64,000 nt of DNA from NCBI RefSeq assembly GCF_964204645.1, contig NC_134025.1, positions 2,852,001 to 2,916,000 on the forward strand. Reading direction: 5' to 3'. The notes under the pieces are model-generated. The model had not been told where the DNA came from and ran no database searches. It saw only the letters and a program-made list of their open reading frames with translations. Both the position numbers and the translations under genes were made by a program. Positions 1-33,119 of this stretch are shown here, in pieces (position 1 is the first letter of the stretch; the number at the start of each line of letters is the position of its first letter). Origin of the DNA: Tubulanus polymorphus. Lineage: Eukaryota; Animalia; Nemertea.

Positions 1-431
1 AGAATGGTGCTTCGACAAAACAAACTCCTTCAATTTTGAGAAATTTTGGCAATTACAAATTCTAAAAGCTGAGATTCACTATACCTAAATCAGTATAGTT
101 GAGATTTGTTGCCCAATTAACCAGTTACTGAATAAGAAGGTATGAGAGTTACGAAACCACCATAATCATTAGAATTGATTGAAAACTTATATCCAGAAAG
201 GACTGATCAGTAGGGACCCTGTTCAAAGGGCTGAGAAAGTGGATATTTTGCCAATGGTATCGTTCAAGTAGGTGCTATTTAACCAATAAAGCGTCTTGAT
301 TAAGATTTTAGGACTAGGATGAGAGAAAGATAACATAAAAGAATTATGCCGAATCGGCAAAATATCCACTTCCAAGAAGTTGTTGTCCCCTATGTGATGT
401 TACGTATTTCATTTTACGGCTATGATTTCAG

Positions 432-9862
<9,431 letters not shown>

Positions 9863-10723
9863 TGGACAACGACGCAACTTCAGTAGTATTAACTCTTCGA
9901 CAACCAGAACGGAGTATATTCAGTCTCCGCGCTGACCTTGCATAGATTTCCGAAAAAAGTTTTATTTTACCAAGTGGCTTCAGGATATTGTATATTCGCT
10001 TCACTTTATCGATTCGGTGACTCGGATGATTTAAAAATCGTACGATTGAAAAATGTGAGACAGCTGAGCTGAAAGATAACAGGAGCATATAGCCTTTTAA
10101 GAACAACAATACATGTACGACAAACATGTACATGTGCCGGACTGCATGTGACATGTGTAATATCATTTTGAGCCTATATGAGACTTAACTTCAATTCTCT
10201 TAGATCCAAAATATGAGACATTGTACATTTCCAGTTATCTATGAAATGAGAGATAGATCTTATTGATTGTTAGTTCGTTTCAGTTCACTGATATCTAGTC
10301 ATTATTGAAATACTGTCATAGATTTATTTTAAGTTTATTTTGAAGTTTATGTATGTGTGTTGTGTATGGCGTGAGTGTAAAGTAACGATATGTACATATT
10401 ATATATTTATAATGCTTGGCATTATGTTCTATATTGTCTACTGTAGAATGTTTATTGAGGTTGCCTACCGTCAGAGAAATGAAAAACATCAAACGAAAAA
10501 TTGCTATTTCGAAATTGATTAATTTGTTTGTATTTGCTATGCTTAGATGATACCGATACCTGGTAATTGATACTGACCGAGGTGAAATAGTTGCTCTTAC
10601 AGTAATTGAAATAAATTCCATTCAAACTACTGAGTAATACATTCCTTACGATTAGAAATACTTTGAGAGAATCAATTTCATACTGTAATATATCTGCTTC
10701 ATGCTGTACGTAGAGTACACAAG

Positions 10724-10951
10724 CAGGGCGGATCTAACCTCATTTCATGAGTACTGCTCAGTGCAGTATCTCTGCCCACAGAAGGGGTGTGGGGATCCTA
10801 CCGCTGAATATTTTGAAATATTAACACCTCTTGACGCAATCTGAGCATTTGCAGGCACGTCACTCATCCGAAATCTGGTGGATCCTATTTATATTCGAGG
10901 TTCGTTTATCCACGAGTACCGCTCAAATAGTAACAGCTGGATCCGCCTCTG
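10724..10951. mobile_element. Degenerate hAT-like MITE downstream of ICA1
   Basis: Imperfect inverted termini cagggcggatcta / ctggatccgcctctg. No target-site duplication recognised. Confidence 0.45.
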
Positions 10952-11104
10952 ACTAACTTGGTATCATTAATTCAACATTCCATCGAGAATGCTACATTCC
11001 GATAGATCATCTTTTCCAGCTTCCAGAAATGTCTGTTCTAGATTTCAGTCTCATAGAGTTGCTTCTGTCAGTATGCGAAGATTGTTTGATTGTAAATATT
11101 ATTT

Positions 11105-14100
11105 ATTATAAATAATCATCGACACATTATAATTATTATGATTGTTTATGCGTGTTGTAAATGATACTATATTGCAGTTAATCTGAAATATGTATAAAAA
11201 TATGACAAATTTTACGTCCGTTGATAATTATTTATGGAGGTGATGACACTAAAGATGTGAGGCCCGTGTTTAATTATAAATATCATCAAAATGTATTCAA
11301 TTGAAATCGAATGGAGAAATTGTTTTCATTGCTGATGTATTCAATGTATATTATGTGCAGTGGTTGTGGGAACCGCAGTGAATTAACTGAAATAAATCCG
11401 AGTAAAAATTAAAAAAACATTGTTTGCGTTTTATCTGGTTAGTTTCACTTCCTTATTCCTTTATTACCTATTGAATCATCGTTGAGCTTCCCAGGACCCG
11501 GGAAATTGAAGGAAATTAATATATCTTAGTTATGATAACCGTTGATGAGCAAAAACGTAAGAAATCTCACTACACCGTACGGTGCTGCCGCTATGCTCAT
11601 CATTAACGGATTTTTGATACACTAACAAGAATCGACTCTGGCAATTGATGTTGACTGCCGATGGTTGGTTGCCAGAGCTGGTTCACGTTAGTGTATTAAA
11701 AACCCGCTAACGATGAGCATAGCGGCAGCACCTTATGGTATGTTCACGCGGCATGATCGCCAACGGGCAGTCGATTCAACTACATATTATAGATAATAAT
11801 CGACACATTATAATTATCATGATTGTTTATGGCGTGTTGTAAATGATACTATATTGCAGTTAATCTGAAATATGTATAAAAATATGACAAATTTTCCGTC
11901 CGTTGATAATTATTTATGGAGGTGATGACACTAAAGATGTGAGGCCCGTGTTCAATTATAAATATCATCAAAATGTATTAAATTGAAATCAAATGGAGAA
12001 ATTGTTTTCATTGTTGATGTATTCAATGTATATTATGTGCAGTGGTTGGGAACTGCAGTGAAATAAATCCGAGTAAAAATTACATAGACATTGTTTGTGT
12101 TTTATCTGGTTAGTTTCACTTCCTTACTCCTTTATTACCTATTGGATCATCGTCGAGCTTCCCAGGACCCGGGAAATTGAAGGAAATTAATATATCTTAG
12201 TCATGATATACCGTTGATGAGCAAAAACGTAAGAAATCTCACTACATTGTACGGTGCTGCCGCTATGCTCATCATTAACGGATTTTTGATACACTAACAA
12301 GAATCGACTCTGGCAATTGATGTGGACGTGCCGATGGTTGGTTGCCAGAGCTGGTTCACGTTAGTGTATTAAAAACCCGCTAACGATGAGCATAACGGCA
12401 GCACCTTATGGTGTACTCACGCGGCATGATCGCCAACGGGCAGTCGATTCAACTACATATTATAGATAATAATCGACATATTATAATTATTATGATTGTT
12501 TATGCGTGTTGTAAATGATACTATATTGCAGTTAATCTGAAATATGTATAAAAATATGACAAATTTTACGTCCGTTGATAATTATTTATGGAGGTGATGA
12601 CACTAAAGATGTGAGGCCCGTGTTCAATTATAAATATCATCAAAATGTATTAAATTGAAATCGAATGGAGAAATTGTTTTCATTGTTGATGTATTCAATG
12701 TATATTATGTGCAGTGGTTGGGAACCGCAGTGAAATAAATCCGAGTAAAAATTACACAGACATTGTTTGTGTTTTATCTGGTTAGTTTCACTTCTTTACT
12801 CCCTTATTGCCTATTGGATCATCGTCGAGCTTCCCAGGACCCGGGAAATTGAAGGAAATTAATATATCTTAGTTATGATAAACGTTGATGCGCAAAAACG
12901 TAAGAAATCTAAATGCACCGTACGGTGCTGCCGCTAAGCTCATCGTTAACGGATTTTTGATACACTAACAAGAATCGACTCTGGCAATTGATGTGGACGT
13001 GCCGATGGTTGGTTGCCAGAGCTGGTTCATGTTAGTGTATTAAAATCCCGCTAACGATGAGCATAGCGGCAGCACCTTATGGTGTACTCACGCGGCATGA
13101 TCGCCAACGGGCAGTCGATTCAACTAAATATTCTAGATAATAATCGACACATTATAATTATTATAATTGTTTATGCGTGTTGTAAATGATACTATATTGC
13201 AGTTAATCTGAAATATGTATAAAGATATGACAAATTTTACGTCCGTTGATAATTATTTATGGAGGTGATGACACTAAAGATGTGAGGCCCGTGTTCAATT
13301 ATGAATATCATCAAAATGTATAAAATTGAAATCGAATGGAGAAATTGCTTTCATTGTTGATGTATTCAATGTATATTATGTGCAGTGGTTGGGAACCGCA
13401 GTGAAATAAATCCGAGTAAAAATTACACGGACATTGTTTGGGTTTTATCTGGTTAGATTCACTTCCTTACTCCTTTATTGCCTATTGGATCATCGTCGAG
13501 CTTCCCAGGACCCGGGAAATTGAAGGAAATTAATATATCTTAGTTATGATAAACGTTGATGAGCAAAAACGTAAGAAATCTAACTGCACCGTGCGGTGCT
13601 GCCGCTATGCTCATCGTTAACGGATTTTTGATACACTAACAAGAATCGACTCTGGCAATTGATGTGAGGCCTTTTTATGAACACTCGATTAATATATTCG
13701 AGTATGCAAAACGTTTTTATGAGCATGGATTATGTCATAATCCGTCATTTTTATGAACATTGGTTATCATAATCGATTAGCATACTCAGCATACTCGCTC
13801 GGCGAGCAAGTATGCCGATTATCTAATCCAACCGATATGGTGTTCTCGGTAGAAGTCGCTGCTGAGTAGGCAATAATTGAATAATTTCTACCTGGCGTTT
13901 TTATCAACCAACATACCCATCATAATCCGTCATTTTTATGAACATTGGTTATCATAATCGATTAGCATACTCAGCATACTCGCTCGGCGAGCAAGTATGC
14001 CGATTATCTAATCCAACCGATATGGTGTTCTCGGTAGAAGTCGCTGCTGAGTAGGCAATAATTGAATAATTTCTACCTGGCGTTTTTATCAACCAACATA

Positions 14101-14992
14101 CCCGGCTATGCTAATTGACACTAATCGGCTATATAATCTAAATAGCTTATCTATTTCGATTTTGCTGGTTCATAAAAAGGCCTGTGGACGTGCCGATGGT
14201 TGGTTGCCAGAGCTGGTTCGTGTTAGTGTATTAAAAACCCGCTAACGATGAGCATAGCGGCAGCACCTTATGGTGTGTTCACGCGGCATGATCGCCAACG
14301 GGCAGTCGATTCAACTACATATTATAGATAATAATCGACATATTATAATTATCATGATTGTTTATGCGTGTTGTAAATGATACTATATTGCAGTTAATCT
14401 GAAATATGTATAAAAATATGACAAATTTTACGTCCGTTGATAAGTATTTATGGAGGTGATGACACTAAAGATATGAGGCCCGTGTTCAATTATAAATATC
14501 ATCAAAATGTATTCAATTGAAATCGAATGGAGAAATTGTTTTCATTATTGATGTATTCAATGTATATTATGTGCAGTGGTTGGGAACCGCAGTGAAATAA
14601 ATCCGAGTAAAAATTACACAGACATTGTTTGTGTTTTATCTGGTTAGTTTCACTTCCTTACTCCTTTATTGCCTATTGAATCATCACCGAGCTTCCCAGG
14701 ACCCGGGAATTTGAAGGAAATTAATATATCTTAGTTATGATAACCGTTGATGAGCAAAAACGTAAGAAATCTAACTGCACCGTACGGTGCTGTCGCTATG
14801 CTCATCGTTAACGGATTTTTGATACACTAACAAGAATCGACTCTGGCAATTGATGTTGACTGCCGATGGTTGGTTGCCAGAGCTGGTTCATGTTAGTGTA
14901 TTAAAAACCAGTTAACGATGAGCATAGCGGCAGCACCTTATGGTGTACTCACGCGGCATGATCGCCAACGGGCAGTCGATTCAACTACATAT
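11105..14992. repeat. Tandem array of five ~670-680-bp units between the convergent 3' ends of ICA1 and MCM8
   Basis: The gaca(c/t)attataattat motif recurs at 11121, 11802, 12475, 13146 and 14337. Units are highly similar and each contains a ~170-bp inverted repeat. Unit 4 is lengthened by an insertion. Confidence 0.95.
13667..14183. mobile_element. 517-bp non-autonomous DNA transposon with perfect 16-bp TIRs and 3-bp TSD (PIF/Harbinger-like)
   Basis: gtg|AGGCCTTTTTATGAAC...GTTCATAAAAAGGCCT|gtg. Units 2 and 3 show the empty site gatgtggacg. It contains an internal ~185-bp tandem duplication starting at 13736 and 13921. Confidence 0.88.
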
Positions 14993-15216
14993 TTTTTATC
15001 AGACTCAATAGTGTATGAAATATCAGCAGGCATAGCATCAGCACCGTCATGTAATTGTAAACATCGATGAAAGAATGCAGCTCAATTTAGATTTCCTACT
15101 CAAAACATAAGCCTTTAAATCGACGAAATAAACATGAAATAATGCTATATATTGAATGTAAAAATATAAACGAATTTTTTAAATACAACTTGTAATACAC
15201 AGAAGTAGTAATGAGT

Positions 15217-21079
<5,863 letters not shown>

Positions 21080-21817
21080 TTTTTGCAATTTTCTTTCGAA
21101 AAACGAATAGTGTAGTCAACATTTACTTGATTTCCGGGTTCATATTTCCCACGGGGTATAGGTGGCAGCACGTCATAGACACAAATTTAGAAAATGTACG
21201 ATGTCGACACTTATTAAGGATTCGAACAGTGGGTTACTCCTACTCCGACCACCCGTCTCAATCCGTCACAGGTTAGAATCCTCATTTGCGAATCGAAAAA
21301 TTATAGAAGTAATTTCGACATAATAAACTTTATTTCTATGAAAAAATACAAATGGCAGATCGTGGTATAACAATATATTCGATCCTGCACAGCAGGAACA
21401 GGGAAAATCGCTTCTGCCAGCAGAAGGCTATCATCATCAAACCTTTTTCTATTCTATTCTAATGAAAAAAATTTCAGAGACTTTTATCATTTGAGACATT
21501 ATCTACCACTGAAGAGTTATACATCATAAATCAAGGATAAGCTAATTACAAGTAGAATCCTTACACTTAACTAGAAAAACTGCAAGTTGGTGTCATTACT
21601 GAGTAAGGTGGATTCCACTGTAATACAAGTAAATTATCTTTAAATCATAAATATGAAGCAATAATACATAGTTTCATTAATCGAAGCGTAATTTCCAATC
21701 TAGTTTTTCTATATAATATAAATCTACAATTAAATCAAATAAATACTACAATTTATAATCGTGACTAAACCCCTTGACTACCACCTACAGAAATACTGTC
21801 ATTAATCAACAACACCT

Positions 21818-24800
21818 TTAACAATCCCAGGAAATATCATCTTTGCGAAGAGCTGTCTGAAGTTTTTTGACATCTTTCAACAATTTGAGTTGATTATTTC
21901 TGGGAGTAATAGCCGAATGTACCGGACGACCCTTAGTCTTAATTGTAGTCGTAACTTCAACTTCACCATTAGCGTCCAGTAATCGTTCTGTTAATGCCGT
22001 TCGTTTCACTACGTTTTTAGTTTTCTTCACTTTTCTCTTCTTAGGTTTCCCTTTAACCTATTAATCAGAATACACGCACACATGTTTACTAACGATATAA
22101 TCATAGTTTAACATGATATTCTCTGTAATTAGTAACAGTATACTATACATAGTTTGTATCTTTTCATGTCATTTCTTGAAAAGGACTCGAAGAGATGAGT
22201 CGAAATCGATCGAAACGTTTGAAAATGTAAATAAACTCATTATCATCATGAAGATTGTGATAGTTGCGTTCTTATTATTATTTAAATATCTGGATACTCT
22301 TCCGAAATTATATTCAAATAAACACTTTGAATAAAAGAAGTATTCTGCCTGAAACATATGAAGTCATATGATTTGAGACCGGTCCAAGACCATTCTAAGT
22401 TCTATAGCCAATTTAACAGCATTAAGATTTAACACCACTTTCCGACTGTGCTACTGGGCCCCCATTTCTAATGATTGTAGGTCCGCATTATTCAATAGCA
22501 CAGTATAAAACAAATGCCTATTGATTCCTACTTGTTCCGTTCGAGATCCACACACAAACTCTACCTTGTCTCTGTGCTGTTTAAGACGTGTAATTTGATT
22601 ATCTTTCGCTTCCATTCTTTGCACCAGAGTTTCCATTTCTCTTTCAAGATCGTGCTTCATAATTCCAGAAGATTCATCGATCTGCCTCATTAATTCAGCG
22701 TGCTCACTGTGAAAGCAAATCAGTTTTATTCATATAGTTGGCAATGTTTACCGGGTAAGTATTTCAATTTACAGTAAACCATGTGGTGTTGGATCGCACG
22801 GTTTACTGCAGTAGTAGTTGAAAACTTACAATCCCATTTGAGCGAATTCATCCTGAAGTTGAAGTAAAAGGTCACCGAGATCGCTTTCAGAACTCTGACC
22901 AGATGACCAGGATGAACGCCGTAAATTCTCCACCTGTTTATGTCCACATAAATAAGGACTGTGATTTTTCAGCAGTGATATCACTTGTTGCAGGTTTGCA
23001 CCAATATTGTGGCTGGCACCAGTAGACTGAAAATTCATCACCAAAATCATCGATTTTTACACTCCATTCTAAGGCATCCAGCAGATAATTATAAACTAGG
23101 CATCCTGAAGTCAGGGCCATCAATCGCATCATTATGTCGATAATAACTAATCGAAATGATGACTTACACATAGTAAATTGGAAATACAAATTGGGACTAG
23201 AAAATAGAGATGACTCGAGTCATGTGGTGACTTATCCAATGAAGACTTAAGAGCGAGTTTGACTACATTGATTCTAACCTTTCCAGTAACAAACGGTATT
23301 TCAGCCATGTTTAATCTGAAATGTTGTTGTGAATCTCGTGATACCGATCGAGCTCTCACATGCTGCTGCTGCTGATGTTGTTTCTTCAGTTGCGGTTTTT
23401 CTGTACAACACTTCTTCTTCGCTGGTTTTTTCACAGCATTATTAACCGCTGATTTCTGTCCAGCCGGAGGAGACATATTTTCAATAAGTCGTCGATTCAC
23501 TTCAGATTGAGCGGCCAACTGAGCAAGATAGAAAACAAATATTTAAAATGATAACATATAATTATGTGAGAATCTAGTATTTTGACAAATGTTGGTGTAG
23601 AAACAGCAGTGGTGAGATTGGTGTAGAGGATTGCAATTTTCATATCTTTCCACATCATTTTCGACAAGAATCAAAGGCATTGCAGTCTATTAAAATTGTG
23701 CAAACAAAAAAATTGTGAAATTTCACATATGCTAGAAAATCTTCACATTTTTTCACATCAATCTCACCCCTCCATCAGTAAATATGTTTGATTTTTATTT
23801 TCAGGCTTGGAAGCTGCTTAAGCGACTGAAGAATGAATATGATGTAAAAGGATTGGGTTAGATCGTTAGAAAACTGGACGACTTTGAACTTCAAACCTGA
23901 GGTTAACTTCAGTAATATCCAGGACCCAGTATCACAAAACTAATCAAAATTGATACTAATCGTTGACATCCATGAAAATGATAGGTTATCATCAACAGAA
24001 TGACTAATATGTATTTGTGTTTTGTGAAACTGGATTCACTGGTTTCTCAGAAACAAATGTTAGTAATGAAGAAATAAAACCAGCACCAAACATCTAAAAT
24101 GGAATAATTAGAGCATGCAATACATACGGTCTTATCTTCTAGTACCTCGGCTGATTTGCCTTGCAATATTTTCCGTTCAAGTTTCTCCTCTTTCAGTTTC
24201 TCTTCCAATTCACTTATTTTATTCTAAGAATTACAGCAAGAGCATCCGATTATAACAAAAAAATATTCAGGTTCCTGCAGTGTGACGATCGTAATACTAA
24301 ATACCTGAGCCATATCCTGAGTCGCCGACAATCGAATTAAATCATGTTCAAGATGAGCGATTTTTTCCAGTTGTACTTTCCGTTCTTGAGAACTGCTGTA
24401 TTGTTTTAGTTGATCTTTCACATTATGTCGCTCGACAGCCTCCTGTTTTTCTTGTTCGGCATTTTGTACCATCTTTCGCATGTAATCCAACTGTTTTTCT
24501 AAGAGTTGACATCTATTTTCAGCGCTGTTCAGTTGTGTTTCTAATTCTGCAATTGTAAAAATAGCTAAATCAGATCAATCGATAGCCATGTTTACCATAG
24601 ATTTGTTTATTTTTAAAATCGAATACAATTCATTTCTTCTCAAGGTGTTTCTAGTACTACTCACCCGGAAGAATAAGACATCTACCAAAAATTTGAATTG
24701 CCTGACTTTGCCCAGATTATCAAGATATGAATCAGAATTCCCCGCGAGCCATGTCGAGGTGGGCTTAATCTGTTATATTCACCTTGAGTATTTTTTGACA

Positions 24801-25567
24801 CAGCCGATTGTTCAGTAGAATGTGTTGCTTTATCTTGACACATCAGATCTCGATACTTCATCGTTTCAGTCGCCAGACTTTTCAAATTGCCTTCAGCGAC
24901 CCTTCTTTCAATATCTAGCTTGCGTATTTTATCTTGCAATCCTTTCAACGCAAGCATTACACCTATTGAAATGTATCCATGATATAAAGTTATGATATGA
25001 ACATAGATGATTTTTATCAAAGGCTCGTCACATAAAGCTGGGCAGGGTCCCGGAATCAAAGTTCTATAACAGCTAGCACCTATATTATTAAACATTTCTG
25101 GAGCCAGCCCAGATTTAGATGAGATATTTTTTTGTTGAGTGAGGTATTACCTGAACGATCATGAGAGGGAAAAGAAGAAAGAGGCGTCTCAACTGGAGGC
25201 TGAATAGAAGAGCTTTCAGGAATAATGTATGATTGAGGTTTTGGATAGTTAGCCCTTGCAGATAACGGTGTCCCATCATTGACATCTTGAGCTTTTGGCA
25301 AATTCATTTCTTCAAACTGTTCCTGCATTTGCTGAAATGTCAACGTGAATATATCTACTAACCTACACAACTCACGGAGTCAGAGACACAGGAGAGGTAG
25401 GCCTACAACTCACAACAAACAGACAGACACTACCTACACATATCATCCAACAAAAGGAAAATACCACACAATTTTGCATATTTCTAACCAACAATAATTT
25501 TCAGCAACACGTGGTCATTAAAACTTACAGGTCTACTGTTACTGTCCGGGTTAAAAGCGGCTTCCAT
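21818..25567 (-). CDS. CEP57: Centrosomal protein CEP57/translokin family, multi-exon
   Basis: ATG at 25567 (MEAAFNPDSNSRP|gtaagt). Motifs ALKGLQDKIRKLDIER, AENRCQLLEKQLDYMRKMV, HFRLNMAEIPFVTGKSTGASHNIGANLQ, LLLQLQDEFAQMG, LVQRMEAKDNQI and C-terminal LQTALRKDDISWDC*. Confidence 0.87.
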
Positions 25568-29413
<3,846 letters not shown>

Positions 29414-30597
29414 TGACGCAAATTGTAAAAAGAGTTTTTTATACTTCATGTTACCGGTAAATCGTACAGGTTCACTTAAATTTTTGTGCCGTAAAATTGA
29501 AATCAAACAAACTTTATATCTTGGGAGCAAAGTAATTTGATTTTAATGTACTTTTAATGTACCTCATTGTTGTGCGTTTTATTGTTTTTAAGTTGTAGTA
29601 AATGAGAAGATCTCTAAAAATATAAAATGTGAGTTCTCGGCTACCTGAATAGGTCTCCTTAGTTGAAACTCATTCATCATAATTTATCGATATTTTCTTA
29701 CAAGGATTCTATATAATTATTTTGATATGTTGTTCATTTCAAGCATTTAAATCCAAAAAATACTGAAATTCATGCACTGTCATAGGAAAACTAAGTACAG
29801 GTGATGGTATGGCTAGGACATGCCTATATATATATCTAGTGTAGAATTACAATTGTCATACTCATAATGTAAGGATACCTTGAAATTCATTTATATTTTC
29901 AATTTGATGTCTTGTTGTTCGATACTTATTCTTAATTTATATATTTTAACAATTATTTTATGTACTAGTTTATTTTCACGAAGCCTTTTAACACTAAATA
30001 CGCTGCCATTACAACTAGTGAAGTCGATGTCCAAGGTATGTCGGCAATGTTAGATTTGAATCCACCATTTCATAGTGAATAATGTAATAATCATATTATC
30101 AATGCTCTTCTATATATCAAATCTGTAGTATATGTAGTTCAATTGTTTTGTTACACTGAAAATTGTATTATGTACATATTAATCACTATGACGTACACTT
30201 ATCTCTGGTTCTCCTCATTATAACTCATTGTGCATATTGATTAATAAATGATTTTTTTACCGAATCAAAACATTTATCCTTTTTCCATCGAGTAGTTCGG
30301 TTAAAGTACTTGTAGGATATTTCCGAGTGAACAACGATACGTCGATAGAGAGCAGTCGATGATCGAGGATGTAAACAGGACTGACACGTTGAGGCATGAC
30401 TCCATGAGAATCCACACGGACAGTTTAGAATAAGGATTTCAAATGACTGACAAAAACAACCTAATTTCTATGCATAAAAAACATCTCTAATAACTTTAAT
30501 TTTATTGACAGAATGACACTATATCCTAGAAATAATTTATTTTAATATTTCACCAATCACTGTTCCTCAACAGCCACCAGAAAGTTCCATGTAATTA

Positions 30598-32343
30598 TCA
30601 CCGATGTCTAATCACCGTCTTTCCACGAGCATGTCCAGCTTCCAATTTATTAAATGCTGACGGTACATCTTTAAAATCAAATACTGATTCAACAACAGGA
30701 AAAATCTATAAATCATATTAACAAAAACATTTGTTACATCAATTGTACATGTACGTTGAAAAAAGAAAAATTCATGCTATATAGTGTAGTACCAACCTTT
30801 CCTTTGTCTACTAAACTGGAAACTTTACCGAGAGCTTTGCCGTCTGCTTGGAAAAATGACCACCTTACACTTTTTCCTTCTTTAGCACCCTGAAAGGATT
30901 TAATAAATCACTGATAGAATACAAAACCTTTCTTTCCAACATAAGACTTCATATGCGCACAATTACCTGCAATACATGGGATGTCAATGAGCCAGCTGAA
31001 CAGGCTATACCCAAAGGTACTCCTCGTTTCCCAGACTCCTTCAATAATGGTGTCACAATTGAGACGTACTTAGCATTCATCCATGGACGCAATAATTTCA
31101 GTCCTAAATTCCGGCTTACTTCTGTTCCAACTGTATCTAACACAAAGTCAAACCTGAAATTATGAATGAAGAAAACATTCTTTATGAGTAAATAATTCTC
31201 AACGGTTCAAAAAAAACAGTCTAAACTGAATACCATACATACCCGCCAACTAACTCTCTTTCGATATCTTGAGTTTGATAATCTATGGTTAAATCTGCTC
31301 CGAGTTTTGTCACCATTTCGACTGCATCAGAAGCACATGTGGTAGCAACAAAAGCATTCCAAGATTTTAAAATCTGAAAACCAAGTGTATGGCAGTAATA
31401 CATTCAGTCCTGCTATTAATGATTTGGATATCATTTGATACGTACCTGAATAGCAGTGGACCCTACTCCACCAGAACCACCAAACACTAAAACCCTACAA
31501 GTCAAAACAAAACAACATTAGCTTAATCCATTTCAGAGATTTTTACTTCATCCGCAAAAGTTCTTGTATAGCCTACTTTTTTTCTGAACAATTATATTCA
31601 GACAGCCCTCCAACTGAGCATAAAGCATTGATACTAGTGACAGACACGTAAGGAAGAGCAGCTGCATTGATATGATCCAGCATCTGCGGCTTCTTCGATA
31701 TTTCACTCGCACAAGCGACAACATAATCAGCATGTGTTCCTTGTTTGTAAGGAGCTATAGCACCCCATACCTGTTATATAAATAACAAATATCATACAAA
31801 CTACGAGTCTAGGATAAATTTACTTTTGAGAACTGGGGACATTTGATATCTATACCTGGTCTCCTACATTGACATTATTGACTGATTTACCAACATCAAT
31901 AACGGTACCAGAAAAATCTCTACCGAGAGTTAGTGGAAATTCTGTAGTAGTTGCAGCAGGTTTACACAATCCTGATGACAGACGCAAGATATTAAGGAGT
32001 TCAGCCCCATAACCACCTACAAAATGAAACAAGACGACTGATAAATAAATGAGTACAAATTTGTGTGTATGAAAAAATATTAAAAAACATGATAGGTTAT
32101 TTCACCTCTCATTAGCACATCTAAAGGGTTGATACTGGACGCATAGACTTGAATCAACACATCTGTGGGATTATTTATGTGGGGAACAGTTGCATTTTGT
32201 TCGAGATTCAGACAACTATTTTCCTTTCCATATTTCTTGATCTGCCATTGTGACATATGATTAATTGAAATTCTTCCCCTAATTGCGTCATAGTGTCGGT
32301 TGGTCTTAAGAAATAGATTATGTAATCTTATTAAACATTTCAT
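30598..32343 (-). CDS. RTN4IP1: Reticulon-4-interacting protein 1, mitochondrial (MDR-family NADPH quinone oxidoreductase)
   Basis: [78 protein letters not shown] and C-terminal GHARGKTVI. The N-terminus is basic and transit-peptide-like. Confidence 0.88.
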
Positions 32344-32926
32344 TGTTATTATGCTGGGCCGAAATGAAGAATCAAATGAGGCAACAACCTTGAAACCGGT
32401 CAATAAAGTTTTTATTGTATTGAGTACAGGGCGGGTAGCTCCAAGAATATCCAAACCGCAATTCGATAATTATTACATAGGCATTCAACAATTCAATTCA
32501 ATTGAATTCAAAGTGAAGTGAGCCTGTAATTCCAGCCTCGTATTCAGATATAGTGTGTGTACACTGAACAGCTGCATGTAGATACTGGTTGATGTGAAAT
32601 GTATAACTCGGCATGACGGAGCGATGATGTATATGTAGTACAGCATCAGATACTCTAAATTAAATGCATGGCTAATCCTTCCCAGAATATTTCTAAATAT
32701 GATGAAGTAAAATCCGCAAACCAATTCTATCTAATGAAAATATTAGCCTATGCCCTACTCTCAGATCTCAAGGAAAATTTGGCAGTGTATTTCCAGTGGA
32801 CTGAAACATTAGTCTTCGAAAAATTGGTCAATCAATGCAAGAACCCATAGCGATATACGATAGATGGACATTTCCATTAATACTGAATATTATCTTATGT
32901 CGACAAGCAACGCGACGCCCACCGAC

Positions 32927-33072
32927 GCAACTGGGTTTATCGCCGATTAGCGGCAACTGAGCGGCCTACGAGAGGCCGCCAGTTGCTGCTCTATCGGTTC
33001 GACATAAGCCGGCTTGCGACGTCAACCCGACGCCTAATACCGACTCGTCGCAAGCCGTATCCGGCTAGTTGC
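32927..33072 (+). other. GC-rich branched stem-loop structure
   Basis: Hairpin 32943-32997 and hairpin 33010-33057 (12-bp perfect stem CGGCTTGCGACG / CGTCGCAAGCCG), enclosed by gcaactgg / ctagttgc. Confidence 0.55.
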
Positions 33073-33119
33073 CAAAATAGTACAAATCATCAAAGATATC
33101 TGAGTCAAATATCTTCACT

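Noticed and set aside
21200-21295. tRNA-like B-box (gttcgaatcct on the minus strand) between CEP57 and MCM8
   Set aside because: No cloverleaf or matching A-box could be built. It is only a short inverted repeat.
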